Below, piece after piece: positions 16,226-25,193 of a DNA stretch of 53,748 nucleotides; the first letter of the stretch is position 1, and every line of letters begins with the position of its first letter. The notes beneath the pieces are model-generated. The model saw only the letters and a list, made by a program, of their open reading frames with translations, was not told the DNA's origin and did not search any database. Where the stretch lies: assembly GCA_963792545.1 (NCBI GenBank), contig CAWBXM010000130.1:1-53748 (forward strand). The letters run 5' to 3'. The translations under genes were made by a program, and so were the position numbers. The DNA comes from an uncultured Gammaproteobacteria bacterium (GTDB lineage: Bacteria; Pseudomonadota; Gammaproteobacteria; SZUA-229).

Positions 16226-18292
16226 ATGGTATTGCGTGCCCTGATTTTTAGCAGGAGCGCTTTCCCTGTTGCCTCCATTAATATTTTGGAGGATCTCATA
16301 AAAAATCTATTCTTAAGCGGTGCTTTGGCAGCAACGGCGGGGTTCACTTTACCTGTAATTGCTGATGTTGCACCTGTGACTGAAATCCCACCTGTTATCG
16401 TCAGTGCTGCTCGCACAGAGCAGAGCACATTAACCACGCCGGCGAGTATCAAGATTATTTCTCGTCAGCAGATCGACGACAGTGGTGCTAGCAATATTGT
16501 CGAAGTCTTACGTGGTCAGGGTGGCGTACAGGTTGAAGACTTATATGGTGACGGCAGTCGGGCAACGATTGATATGCGCGGCTTTGGTGACACCGCAAGT
16601 TCCAATACGCTGATACTGGTTGACGGCAGGCGGTTAAATAATCCCGATATCGGTTCGCCCGACCTGAACAGTATCGTGCTCGATGATGTTGAACGTATCG
16701 AAGTGGTCCAGGGCAGTGCCGGTGTTCTATTCGGTGATCAGGCCGTCGGTGGTGTGATCAATATTATTACTCGCAAGCCGGGTGCGTTAAGGCATCTATT
16801 AAAGTTATCAGCAGGCAGTTATAACACTGTTAATGTGTATGGTATGACCTCTCAGGCGCTGGATAATGGACTCAGTTATCGGCTTTCTGTGGATGCACGT
16901 GACTCGGATAATTACCGGGATAACAACGAGTTATCCTACCTTAATGGTTTTGGTAAATTAGCTTATGACTATAGTAGCGGTTCGGTTTTTGCGGAATTGC
17001 AGTATATCGATGACGAGCTAAATACGCCGGGGCCATTGTTTGCCAGTGAAGTTGCGGCAGATCGCCAGCAGGTTAACCCGAGTTTTGCTACTGACTATTC
17101 AGATTCGAGAACAAAGCTTGGCCGGCTGGGTCTGGTGCAGGAATTGAATGATAGCTGGTCATTCGAAGGTGAAGTTAGCAGTCGTAAAACAGATGGTGAT
17201 TTCAGGATCAGTTTTGCAGGTTCTGCGCCATCGAACGAAAATTTTACCCAGGACCGAAAAGTAAAGGAGTTTAACTCACGATTTATCGGTTTTGTTCCGG
17301 CGCTGAATAATACCATGTTGACCATCGGTGCCGATGGGGTTGAAAGCGACTATAAATTAAGCACTGTATTTGGCGATCAATCCAATGATCAGTCACAGCG
17401 CTCAGTTTACGCACAGGCAATTATCCCGGTAAACAGGGTAGATGTTACAGCAGGGATAAGATACGCGAATGTGGATAATGATCTCCGTGATGCTGGCACA
17501 TTCGCTATTTATCCTGCCGGCGTAAAAATAGACGATTCTGTAACCGTAGGCACCTTAGGTCTCGCTATTAAAGCCAGTGAGAACTGGCGTGTTTTATTAC
17601 GCGCGGATCAGAATTATCGTTTTGCCAAAGTGGATGAGTTTTTACAGCCTGCGTATACGCCCGCGTTTACACCTGTGGTGTTGAAAACGCAGAAAGGTCT
17701 GTCTCTGGAAACAGGGGTGGAGTGGTCTCAGGGCAGCAATAATGCGAAAGTGGTTATCTATAAGCTGAAACTTGAAAATGAGATCGCTTTTGATCCATCA
17801 ATTTTTGCGAACATAAACCTGAATGATACCAAACGCAAAGGATTGATTACCAGTGGCTACTGGAAAGCAACTCAGCGCTTGGGTTTTGCCGCCAGTTATA
17901 CCTACACCGATGCAGAAGTGACCAGTGGGTTTGCAAACGGGAAAAATATACCGTTAGTGGCTGAGCATTCAGCTTTATTAAGTACAGATTATGTTATATC
18001 AGAAAGTTGGCAGGTCTTCGGTGAGGTCGTGGCAATTAGTGATCGGGTATTCGGTGGAGATTTTGACAATACACTGGGCAGGCTGCCGGGGTATGGCGTA
18101 CTCAACGTTAAAGCGGAATATAAAGTCAGTGACTTTATCTTTAGCGGTCGTGTGAATAACGTGCTGAATAAGCAATACTCTGATGTTGGTCAATTAGGTT
18201 TTGATCCAAATGCAGGTTTTGCCCCTGCCGAGGCTTACTACCCGTCGCCTGAAATCAATTTTTTGCTGACAGCAGCATGGAACTTCAGATAA
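16226..18292 (+). CDS. btuB: TonB-dependent outer-membrane receptor, BtuB-like
   Basis: TonB box PPVIVSAART, plug and barrel motifs, and a terminal aromatic (AAWNFR). The end is firm. The start is uncertain: ATG 16226 is the ORF maximum, but the signal peptide KNLFLSGALAATAGFTLPVIA begins just after the SD at 16288-16293 (see findings). Confidence 0.85.
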   Translation: MVLRALIFSRSAFPVASINILEDLIKNLFLSGALAATAGFTLPVIADVAPVTEIPPVIVSAARTEQSTLTTPASIKIISRQQIDDSGASNIVEVLRGQGGVQVEDLYGDGSRATIDMRGFGDTASSNTLILVDGRRLNNPDIGSPDLNSIVLDDVERIEVVQGSAGVLFGDQAVGGVINIITRKPGALRHLLKLSAGSYNTVNVYGMTSQALDNGLSYRLSVDARDSDNYRDNNELSYLNGFGKLAYDYSSGSVFAELQYIDDELNTPGPLFASEVAADRQQVNPSFATDYSDSRTKLGRLGLVQELNDSWSFEGEVSSRKTDGDFRISFAGSAPSNENFTQDRKVKEFNSRFIGFVPALNNTMLTIGADGVESDYKLSTVFGDQSNDQSQRSVYAQAIIPVNRVDVTAGIRYANVDNDLRDAGTFAIYPAGVKIDDSVTVGTLGLAIKASENWRVLLRADQNYRFAKVDEFLQPAYTPAFTPVVLKTQKGLSLETGVEWSQGSNNAKVVIYKLKLENEIAFDPSIFANINLNDTKRKGLITSGYWKATQRLGFAASYTYTDAEVTSGFANGKNIPLVAEHSALLSTDYVISESWQVFGEVVAISDRVFGGDFDNTLGRLPGYGVLNVKAEYKVSDFIFSGRVNNVLNKQYSDVGQLGFDPNAGFAPAEAYYPSPEINFLLTAAWNFR
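16272..16293 (+). promoter_or_regulatory. SD-sequestering hairpin (riboswitch expression platform)
   Basis: cctcca-ttaatattt-tggagg. The 3' arm contains the strong GGAGGA at 16288-16293. Confidence 0.55.
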
Positions 18293-18298
18293 TCTAGC

Positions 18299-19087
18299 GT
18301 GATGGACACTGTTTCAAAACCTATTATTGCTACTAGCACGCTGTCATTGCTTCTACACAGCCTGGTTGCTGCGGCTGTGTTGTTAGCTTATGGGCAAGCT
18401 GTAATACAGGATGAAGGCGTTGGCCGGGGTGTAGAGATTGAGCTGGTCAGCTCGGTTCTGGTGTCTGACCGAGAGGTCGCAGACCAGCAGTCCTCGGATA
18501 TGTCAGTATCGCCGCAGGTTGTAGCGGAGGTCTCCTCTGAAGATCTGATGCGTTCGGCGCAAAAGTCGTTTGCAGAAAAAATACTGACGTCTTTAAGAGA
18601 CGCACAGGTTATTGCTGTTATAAAGCCGGAAAAAGATGTGCGCATTGATAACGACAAAACCGGGCAATTGACTGACATTAAGCAGACGGCCACTCAGCAA
18701 CGGGAGGTCCAACAACAGGATGTTCAGCCACAGGAGGTTCAACTTCAGCTGGGTGAGCATGAGAGTGTCGCCTCCATCGCGCAGGCCACCAACGCCTCAC
18801 AACAGCAGCATGCAATACTTGAACTGTTGCATCAACGTATCAGTGATAATAAGGAGTATCCCTATCTTGCGCGTAAACAACGTCGTGAAGGTGTTGCCAC
18901 CGTGGCCTTTGTTCTGCACCCTGATGGTTCGATCGAAAATGCACACCTGGTATCTTCTAGTCGTGCACGGGTGCTTGATCGTGCAGCCTTATCGGCGGTG
19001 AAAAACATCGCACCTTTCGAGGCTGCGCAACAATATCTTCAACAGTCTGAAACGTTTCAGGTGGCTGTCGAGTTCGACCTGCTATAG
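18299..19087 (+). CDS. tonB: TonB-family energy transducer
   Basis: N-terminal TM anchor, a Gln/Glu-rich linker and a C-terminal TonB domain (YPYLARKQRREGVATVAFVLHPDGSIENAHLVSSS). The start is GTG 18299 or ATG 18302. Confidence 0.75.
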   Translation: MMDTVSKPIIATSTLSLLLHSLVAAAVLLAYGQAVIQDEGVGRGVEIELVSSVLVSDREVADQQSSDMSVSPQVVAEVSSEDLMRSAQKSFAEKILTSLRDAQVIAVIKPEKDVRIDNDKTGQLTDIKQTATQQREVQQQDVQPQEVQLQLGEHESVASIAQATNASQQQHAILELLHQRISDNKEYPYLARKQRREGVATVAFVLHPDGSIENAHLVSSSRARVLDRAALSAVKNIAPFEAAQQYLQQSETFQVAVEFDLL

Positions 19088-19098
19088 AGAATTTTCGT

Positions 19099-19650
19099 AT
19101 GTCTAACAGATTATCAAAAATTTACACACGAACCGGCGACGACGGAAGCACCGGCATGGCGGATGGTTCGCGTCTAGCAAAAGATGACTTGCAGGTTCAT
19201 GCCATCGGTGAGGTGGACGAGCTTAACAGCCAGCTCGCTGTAGTCGCATGTCATGTGCCAGAGGTTTATCTAGTCTCTATTCGATCGATTCAGAATAATC
19301 TGTTTGATGTCGGCGCTGAACTCACTTTGAAACAGAGTTTGATAAAGCAGGAGAGTGTTGACCTGCTTGAAAAATCACTGGATGAGCTGAATCAGTCATT
19401 GAAACCGCTAAAAGAATTTATACTCCCGGGCGGTGGCCTGGCCGCTTCGCACTGCCATGTGGCGCGTGCTATCTGCCGACGAGCTGAGCGTTCATTAGTC
19501 AGCTTAAATCAACAGGAAAAATTGAGCCATATTTTATTAGCTTATATCAATCGCCTGTCGGATTATCTGTTCGTACTGGCGCGAGCGATCAGTAAACAGC
19601 AAGGCGAGGATGAAGTTTACTGGAAATCAGAAAAGCTAAAAAATAGTTAA
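19099..19650 (+). CDS. pduO: PduO-type ATP:cob(I)alamin adenosyltransferase
   Basis: The N-terminus KIYTRTGDDGSTGMADGSRLAKDDLQVHAIGEVDELNS is the PduO/MMAB-type signature. Confidence 0.8.
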   Translation: MSNRLSKIYTRTGDDGSTGMADGSRLAKDDLQVHAIGEVDELNSQLAVVACHVPEVYLVSIRSIQNNLFDVGAELTLKQSLIKQESVDLLEKSLDELNQSLKPLKEFILPGGGLAASHCHVARAICRRAERSLVSLNQQEKLSHILLAYINRLSDYLFVLARAISKQQGEDEVYWKSEKLKNS

Positions 19651-19765
19651 CCACAGAGACACAGAGGACGCAGAGGTTTATTATAGCTGTGCCTGCGGCG
19701 CTGCATTAATAATGTTTTCTCTGTGCCCTCTGTGTCTCTGTGGTTAATTTTTTTGTGTTTTTAAA
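19647..19765. repeat. Nested-hairpin repeat, CACAGAG family, copy B; probably also the operon terminator
   Basis: Arms at 19647-19675 and 19719-19747 (29 nt, 2 mismatches), followed by tttttttgtgttttt. The left arm contains the pduO stop codon. Confidence 0.85.
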
Positions 19766-19768
19766 CTC

Positions 19769-20669
19769 ATGATAAAAATCGGCATCGACCTCGGTGGTAC
19801 AAAAATTGAAGGCATTGCTCTATCAGAAGCAGGTGATGAATTATGTCGCCATCGTATAACCACACCACAAGGTGATTATCAGGGTACTTTGCTGGCGATT
19901 AAAAACTTGATCTATCATATCGAAAAACACTGCGCTGAGACAGGAAGCATTGGTCTGTGCACGCCCGGTTCGTTATCACCAGTCACCGGCCTGTTGCGTA
20001 ATTCCAACTCAGTATGTATGAACGGTAAGCCGGTACTCACTGAATTACAGGAATTACTGCAAAGAGACATTCGCATTGCGAATGATGCCAATTGTTTTGC
20101 ACTTTCAGAGGCTACAGACGGAGCAGCAAAAGATGCGGCAGTGGTGTTTGGCGTCATCATCGGTACCGGCACGGGTGCAGGTCTGGTTGTCGATAAAAAG
20201 GTTTTATTGGGAGCAAACGCCATCGCAGGTGAATGGGGGCATAATCCGTTGCCGTGGCCAGAGGATTTTGAACTACCGGGACCGGATTGTTATTGTGGTA
20301 AGCAGGGTTGCGTAGAAACCTGGCTTTCCGGCCCTGGCATTAGAGCACGACCATGAGCTACATAATAATGTTTTTATCGATGCAGAAACTTTAGATAATA
20401 GAGCGCATTCTGGCGATGAAGCAGCGAGTGAAACAATGCAACGTTATGAAGGCCGTATGGCGAGAAGCCTGGCGCATGTGATAAATATTGTAGACCCAGA
20501 TGTCATCGTGTTAGGCGGCGGTATGGGAAATATAAAACGTCTTTATGAAAATGTGCCAAAATTATGGGGTGACTACGTTTTTTCTGATGTAGTGAATACA
20601 AAATTGGTTGCACCAGTACATGGTGATTCGTCAGGCGTTAGAGGCGCAGCGTGGTTATGGAACAGGTAG
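19769..20669 (+). pseudogene. mak: ROK-family sugar kinase (Mak/fructokinase-like), split by a frameshift near 20342
   Basis: ORF 19769..20356 (IGIDLGGTKIE...GEWGHNPLPW...CYCGKQGCVETWLSGPG) and ORF 20436..20669 ([28 protein letters not shown]...HGDSSGVRGAAWLW) together match E. coli Mak end to end. The +1 frame is open from before 20340. Skipping one base gives LSGPGIEHDHELH. Confidence 0.8.
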
Positions 20670-20705
20670 AAAATACAATCGGTACTGCGCACGGCAGTTT
20701 TCAGC

Positions 20706-21827
20706 TTGCAACGATTTCCCGTTCGTAAAAAAGAAACCTTGAGGGCATGGGACGCTGCTGATGAATACGTGCTGCAGTACCTCGATGATAATGACCTGCT
20801 GCATGATGATATCAGCCTGTTGATTATCAATGATGGCTTCGGCGCACTCTCTGTTCCGTTGAGTCACTATAGACCGGTAGTCATGACGGACTCCTATCTA
20901 TCTATGCAGGCAATATCTGCAAATCTAAAAATCAACGATCTTGATTATGATTCAGTTACCATAATAAACAGTTTGCATGCCCCGGATAGTGTCCTCGATA
21001 AAACGGCCGATATAGTGATAATAAGGATACCTAAAAGTCTGGCGATGCTCGAAGACCAGTTGTACCGTATTCGATCTGCGATAGATGGTTCTACTAAAAT
21101 TATTGCTGCTGGTATGACAAAAAGAATCCATACCTCGACCATGTCTCTATTCGAGAGGATCATCGGTCCGACCAGGACTTCACTGGCGCATAAAAAATCT
21201 CGCCTTATCTTTAGTGAGTTCGATGCCTCACTAATACCTTCAGAAAATCCATATCCAGATACTTACGAACTCGGTTATCAGTTAGATGATGTCGAGATAG
21301 AGATGATCAATCATGCCGGTGTTTATTCGAGAGACAAACTCGATATCGGTGCTCGTCTTTTTATCGAGAATCTACCGGCTGATGCACGCTATAAGACGAT
21401 CGTCGACCTGGGTTGTGGTAATGGGGTGTTGGGTCTGATGGCAGCGATCAAAAACCCAGCGGCAAAAATGATTTTTACCGATGAATCTTATATGGCAGTG
21501 GAATCATGCATCGATAATTTCACCAAGGTATTCGGTGAGACACGTGAAGCCGAGTTTCTACAGACAGATTGTCTGTATGGCGTGGCAGAGAACAGTGTCT
21601 CACTGGTTTTATGTAACCCGCCTTTTCACCAGGACAATGCGATCAATGATGATGTGGCGTGGCAGATGTTTACCGAATCGAAAGAGGTATTAGAGCCAAA
21701 GGGTGAACTATGGGTGATCGGTAATCGTCATCTGGGTTATCACGCAAAACTAAAACACCTATTTGGTGATTGCGAAGTAGTGGCGAGCAATAAGAAATTC
21801 ACTCTATTGAAGGCTGTCAAAGCGTAA
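20706..21827 (+). CDS. rlmG: 23S rRNA (guanine1835-N2)-methyltransferase RlmG
   Basis: LQRFP...AWDAADEYVLQYL...HAGVYSRDKLDIGARLF...VDLGCGNGVLG...LCNPPFHQ...KFTLLKAVK is colinear with E. coli RlmG. The listed start is TTG 20706; the 5' end is uncertain (see findings). Confidence 0.85.
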   Translation: MQRFPVRKKETLRAWDAADEYVLQYLDDNDLLHDDISLLIINDGFGALSVPLSHYRPVVMTDSYLSMQAISANLKINDLDYDSVTIINSLHAPDSVLDKTADIVIIRIPKSLAMLEDQLYRIRSAIDGSTKIIAAGMTKRIHTSTMSLFERIIGPTRTSLAHKKSRLIFSEFDASLIPSENPYPDTYELGYQLDDVEIEMINHAGVYSRDKLDIGARLFIENLPADARYKTIVDLGCGNGVLGLMAAIKNPAAKMIFTDESYMAVESCIDNFTKVFGETREAEFLQTDCLYGVAENSVSLVLCNPPFHQDNAINDDVAWQMFTESKEVLEPKGELWVIGNRHLGYHAKLKHLFGDCEVVASNKKFTLLKAVKA

Positions 21828-21842
21828 CCGATAACACGCTAG

Positions 21843-22700
21843 ATGCAGCATTCACGAGAAGGGCTACTGGCAGTTCATGCCGCCGTACTGATTTTTGGTT
21901 TTACGGCTTTATTTTCCAGGCTGATATCTCTGTCAGCACTAGATATAACTTTCTACCGCAGTATCTTTGCGTTTATGGCGATTGCCGTTTACATGGCCTA
22001 TAAGCAGCAATCGTATCAACTAAAAAATAAAAACGATTATTTGATGGCAGGCTTGCTCGGTACCCTGCTGGCGACTCACTGGGTAAGCTATTTTTATGCG
22101 ATGCAGACATCTTCAGTTGCAATAGGTGTTATCGCTCTATATACCTACCCGGTGATCACTGTTTTTCTTGAACCGCTATTTCATGGCGAAAGGCCACATA
22201 TAGTAGATGTAGCAAGTTCGATAGCCGTGTTGTTTGGCATATATTTGATCGTGCCGGATTTCTCACTGGATAATACTACGATGATAGGCGTAACAGCAGG
22301 TGTGTTCTCTGCGCTGATGTTGTCTTTGCGTAATATTATACAGCGACGCTACTTCTCTACTTATAGCGCGAGTAAGGCGCTGTTTTATCAAACTCTGGTT
22401 GTGGTACTGATACTATCTGCTTTTATCGATAGCGGTTTTGAAGAGGTTGAAAGTCGGCAGTGGTGGTTATTGTTGTTGCTTGGCATCGTGTTCACGGCTC
22501 TACCGCATACCTTGCTCGCGCATGGTTTGATCCATCTGAAAGCTAAAACTGCAGGCCTGATATCCTGTGTTCAGGTTATCTACGCAGCGATATTCGCAGC
22601 ATTACTTTTAGGTGAATGGTTGACGTGGAACGTAGTGGCGGGTGGTTTGATCGTTGTGTCTGCGGCAATGTATGAATCACTGCCAAAAAAGAAAATTTAA
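21843..22700 (+). CDS. EamA/DMT-family transporter
   Basis: 285 aa with about 10 TM helices and two EamA-like halves. Confidence 0.7.
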   Translation: MQHSREGLLAVHAAVLIFGFTALFSRLISLSALDITFYRSIFAFMAIAVYMAYKQQSYQLKNKNDYLMAGLLGTLLATHWVSYFYAMQTSSVAIGVIALYTYPVITVFLEPLFHGERPHIVDVASSIAVLFGIYLIVPDFSLDNTTMIGVTAGVFSALMLSLRNIIQRRYFSTYSASKALFYQTLVVVLILSAFIDSGFEEVESRQWWLLLLLGIVFTALPHTLLAHGLIHLKAKTAGLISCVQVIYAAIFAALLLGEWLTWNVVAGGLIVVSAAMYESLPKKKI

Positions 22701-22715
22701 TATTTCATCTGTGTC

Positions 22716-22744
22716 TGTAACATCGTTACAGGAGAATTTTTTTA
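22716..22744 (+). terminator. Putative rho-independent terminator
   Basis: ctgtaac-atc-gttacag, then gagaattttttt. Confidence 0.5.
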
Positions 22745-22750
22745 CGATAT

Positions 22751-23287
22751 TTAAGTTATAGCATTCAGATTTTTGCAGATTTCGAAACATGCGATGCTGG
22801 TGGCCGAAATAACATTCATTGAAGAGTTATTGCCCTGCATCGGAATGTAAATGCAACTGTCTGAAAGTGATAGTAGATCCTCGTTCACCCCTGTATTCTC
22901 AGAGCCAGGAATAAGGCAGACTGAATCGGCATTACTGATTTTCATCTGAAAAGCATCGTCATCGACACTAACGCTATCTGTAGTTATCTCAAGCGATGTA
23001 ATTAATGTGCCTGTTGATTTTAGTTTTTTTATCAACTCGATAGCACTTTCGTGATATTCGTAATCAACGTATTTTTCGGTTGTGCGTGATGTCTTATTGA
23101 TTTTGGTATTAGGCGGTAGCGGAGTGCTGCCGCAAAGATAGAGTTTTTTAATACCCAGTGCATCGCATAAACGAAACAGACTGCCAACATTGAGTGGGTC
23201 TGCGATATCGTTTGCGATAATGCTAAGCGGAAATTTTTTATTTGAAGGTCTGTGGTCAGAATACTTTAGCTGAATATTTTTTTTCAT
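22751..23287 (-). CDS. TrmH/SpoU-family RNA 2'-O-methyltransferase
   Basis: LNVGSLFRLCDALG ... LIPGSENTGV ... IPMQGNNSSMNVISATSIACFEI are the SpoU motifs. Confidence 0.75.
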   Translation of the reverse strand: MKKNIQLKYSDHRPSNKKFPLSIIANDIADPLNVGSLFRLCDALGIKKLYLCGSTPLPPNTKINKTSRTTEKYVDYEYHESAIELIKKLKSTGTLITSLEITTDSVSVDDDAFQMKISNADSVCLIPGSENTGVNEDLLSLSDSCIYIPMQGNNSSMNVISATSIACFEICKNLNAIT

Positions 23288-23305
23288 GGGCTATTACGGC
23301 TATAA

Positions 23306-23380
23306 AACTGTCATCTCGAGCGATAGCGAGAGATCTTAAACGGCCAGGCAAAAGATCTCTCCTGCGTCGGTATGACAGTT
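23306..23380. repeat. Intergenic nested palindrome
   Basis: Outer arms aactgtcat/atgacagtt (23306-23314 and 23372-23380). Inner arms gagagatctt/aagatctctc (23328-23337 and 23352-23361). Confidence 0.7.
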
Positions 23381-23399
23381 GGTCTGAGATCGTATACCA

Positions 23400-23750
23400 C
23401 TAGGTAAAAAACCAGCTTTCCAGATTATGGACAGGCTGTTTATTTTCCAGCTGTTTTAAACCTTTGGCGCAACGTACGATCATCCAGACGAATAAAAACA
23501 GTAAGATAAAGTAACCGATGTTGATGCTAAGAGTGATCACACCGAGTGCTAGATATAATAGTCCAATCCAGTAAGTGCGAATCTGGAACCGGTAATGTGT
23601 CTGTAACCAGTCATCGGACCCATCTTTAAAAACATAAGCCATGATGAGGCCGATTATGCCAGTAACCCCTACCAAGGTGCTGACGATCAAAAGGATATAG
23701 ATCACTTTTGCTGTTGGTATGGTGTCGGTTTTTTCAGTTAGATGATTCAT
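23400..23750 (-). CDS. Small integral membrane protein (3 predicted TM helices; family not assigned with confidence)
   Basis: 116 aa hydrophobic ORF with a clean start and no competing ORF. Confidence 0.55.
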   Translation of the reverse strand: MNHLTEKTDTIPTAKVIYILLIVSTLVGVTGIIGLIMAYVFKDGSDDWLQTHYRFQIRTYWIGLLYLALGVITLSINIGYFILLFLFVWMIVRCAKGLKQLENKQPVHNLESWFFT

Positions 23751-23761
23751 GTCTATTTATT

Positions 23762-24580
23762 CTACAGTGAGTATTCTTTTATTTCATTGGATATCGGGCA
23801 GACAAATTTTAGATAACAGGCCTGAAGTTTCAGGTTTTCTGTTGATTGTCCTGATCCGTACAGGCGGTCACCAACGATCGGATGACCCTGTTCTGCAAGG
23901 TGTTTACGGATCTGGTGTTTGCGACCTGTTTCGATCTCGACAATCACAACAGAATTGTGGTCACGGTTTTCGAATGCAATGATTTTAGAAAGCGCAGGTT
24001 TATTATCAATATCGTTAGACATCACCAGCGGCAGTTCTATATCATTGAACTGACCTTCTACCGTGGCACTGTATTGTTTCTGGATATTGCGGCTTTTAAA
24101 TAAAGAAAGAAAGGCTGTTGCAGTCTTTTTTGAATGCGCAATGATGATCAAGCCATTGGCTGCGCGATCAAGTCTGTGCACAGGAAAAGCAGGGCGTTGT
24201 GGTTTCATGTGCGTTTCGACATAGCGATAAATCGTGTAGTGGTCACCCCATTTCGTTCCCTGTGAGTACATGCCATAAGGTTTGTTCCAGATACTGTATT
24301 CATTTTCATCGGCAATTAAAACGGCAGCTTCAGGTCTGTTGTTCTGAATTTCCTCATCGTAATAGATGTGTATGACATCACCAGTGTTGAGGATTTTTTT
24401 TATGCGGCGAAGTCGGTTTGTGCCCAGTGAGGACTCCAGCCAGACACAGCCATTTGTCATCGCCTGCTTTATTTTTTGTTTGCTTAAGGGGGTATGAGAA
24501 GACAGGTGGGTCAATGCACTAAGGTTAGCGTCTTCGATGGTAATGTGTTTCTCGAAACGAATTGTCACGCAGCCTGCCAA
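23762..24580 (-). CDS. RluA-family pseudouridine synthase
   Basis: Catalytic motif HRLDRAANGLIIIA and downstream GRKHQIRKHL. TTG start at 24580, or GTG 12 nt downstream. Confidence 0.75.
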   Translation of the reverse strand: MAGCVTIRFEKHITIEDANLSALTHLSSHTPLSKQKIKQAMTNGCVWLESSLGTNRLRRIKKILNTGDVIHIYYDEEIQNNRPEAAVLIADENEYSIWNKPYGMYSQGTKWGDHYTIYRYVETHMKPQRPAFPVHRLDRAANGLIIIAHSKKTATAFLSLFKSRNIQKQYSATVEGQFNDIELPLVMSNDIDNKPALSKIIAFENRDHNSVVIVEIETGRKHQIRKHLAEQGHPIVGDRLYGSGQSTENLKLQACYLKFVCPISNEIKEYSL

Positions 24581-24728
24581 GGTTTGTTGTTAGGATTGAA
24601 AAAGGTTATAGATAATATTTTTTAATATTAACACGCCAAAAAAAGAAAAAACCTTTCACCGTTGAGGTGCAGAGAAAAAAATAATGAATGCATATCATCT
24701 TGAAAAGTGCGAGTGAAATTTAATAGAA

Positions 24729-24845
24729 ATCGCGCTTTGGCAGCTCTTTGATGTCCTACCACTGCTGCATTTGTGCGTCCCTGCACATCACAAAGCGCTC
24801 CTACAGGTATATCGACACTTGTAGGAGCGGATTTTATTCCGCGAT
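24729..24845. repeat. Composite REP-like palindromic element in the deaD leader
   Basis: Outer atcgcg...cgcgat. Hairpin ctcctacaggtatatcgacacttgtaggag. The right arm 24821-24845 is homologous to 624-649. A decayed CACAGAG-type leader lies at 24646-24680. Confidence 0.7.
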
Positions 24846-25193
24846 CAACGGTTGAAGTATGAATGCTGGCCTGTGATAAAAACTACTAAGTTCAATCTGC
24901 CGAATTTGTCGGTTTTAATGATGTGGTTATACATAGTTCTGCATGCGTACAGCAGGTGAACCTTGTGTAGTGATAATTCACTGTTGAAATATTCAGTTTT
25001 GCTAATATTCTAATAAAGGGGTAAAATAACCAGCTCGTCTTTTTACAGCTCAAATTCTCGATTCATCAGGCACCAGTGGGTAACCTGAAAAGAGTGGTAG
25101 GGCTAAGCGGTTAAGTCTTAAGTGTAGTTCTCAGGAACGGCTTGCAGATATGTTAACCACGACGATTCACCCTCCACACAATCAGGTATCAGT

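Noticed and set aside
16201-16452. Minus-strand ORF of 83 aa overlapping the riboswitch/btuB junction.
   Set aside because: It is antisense to a well-supported receptor gene and its expression platform, and has no motif.
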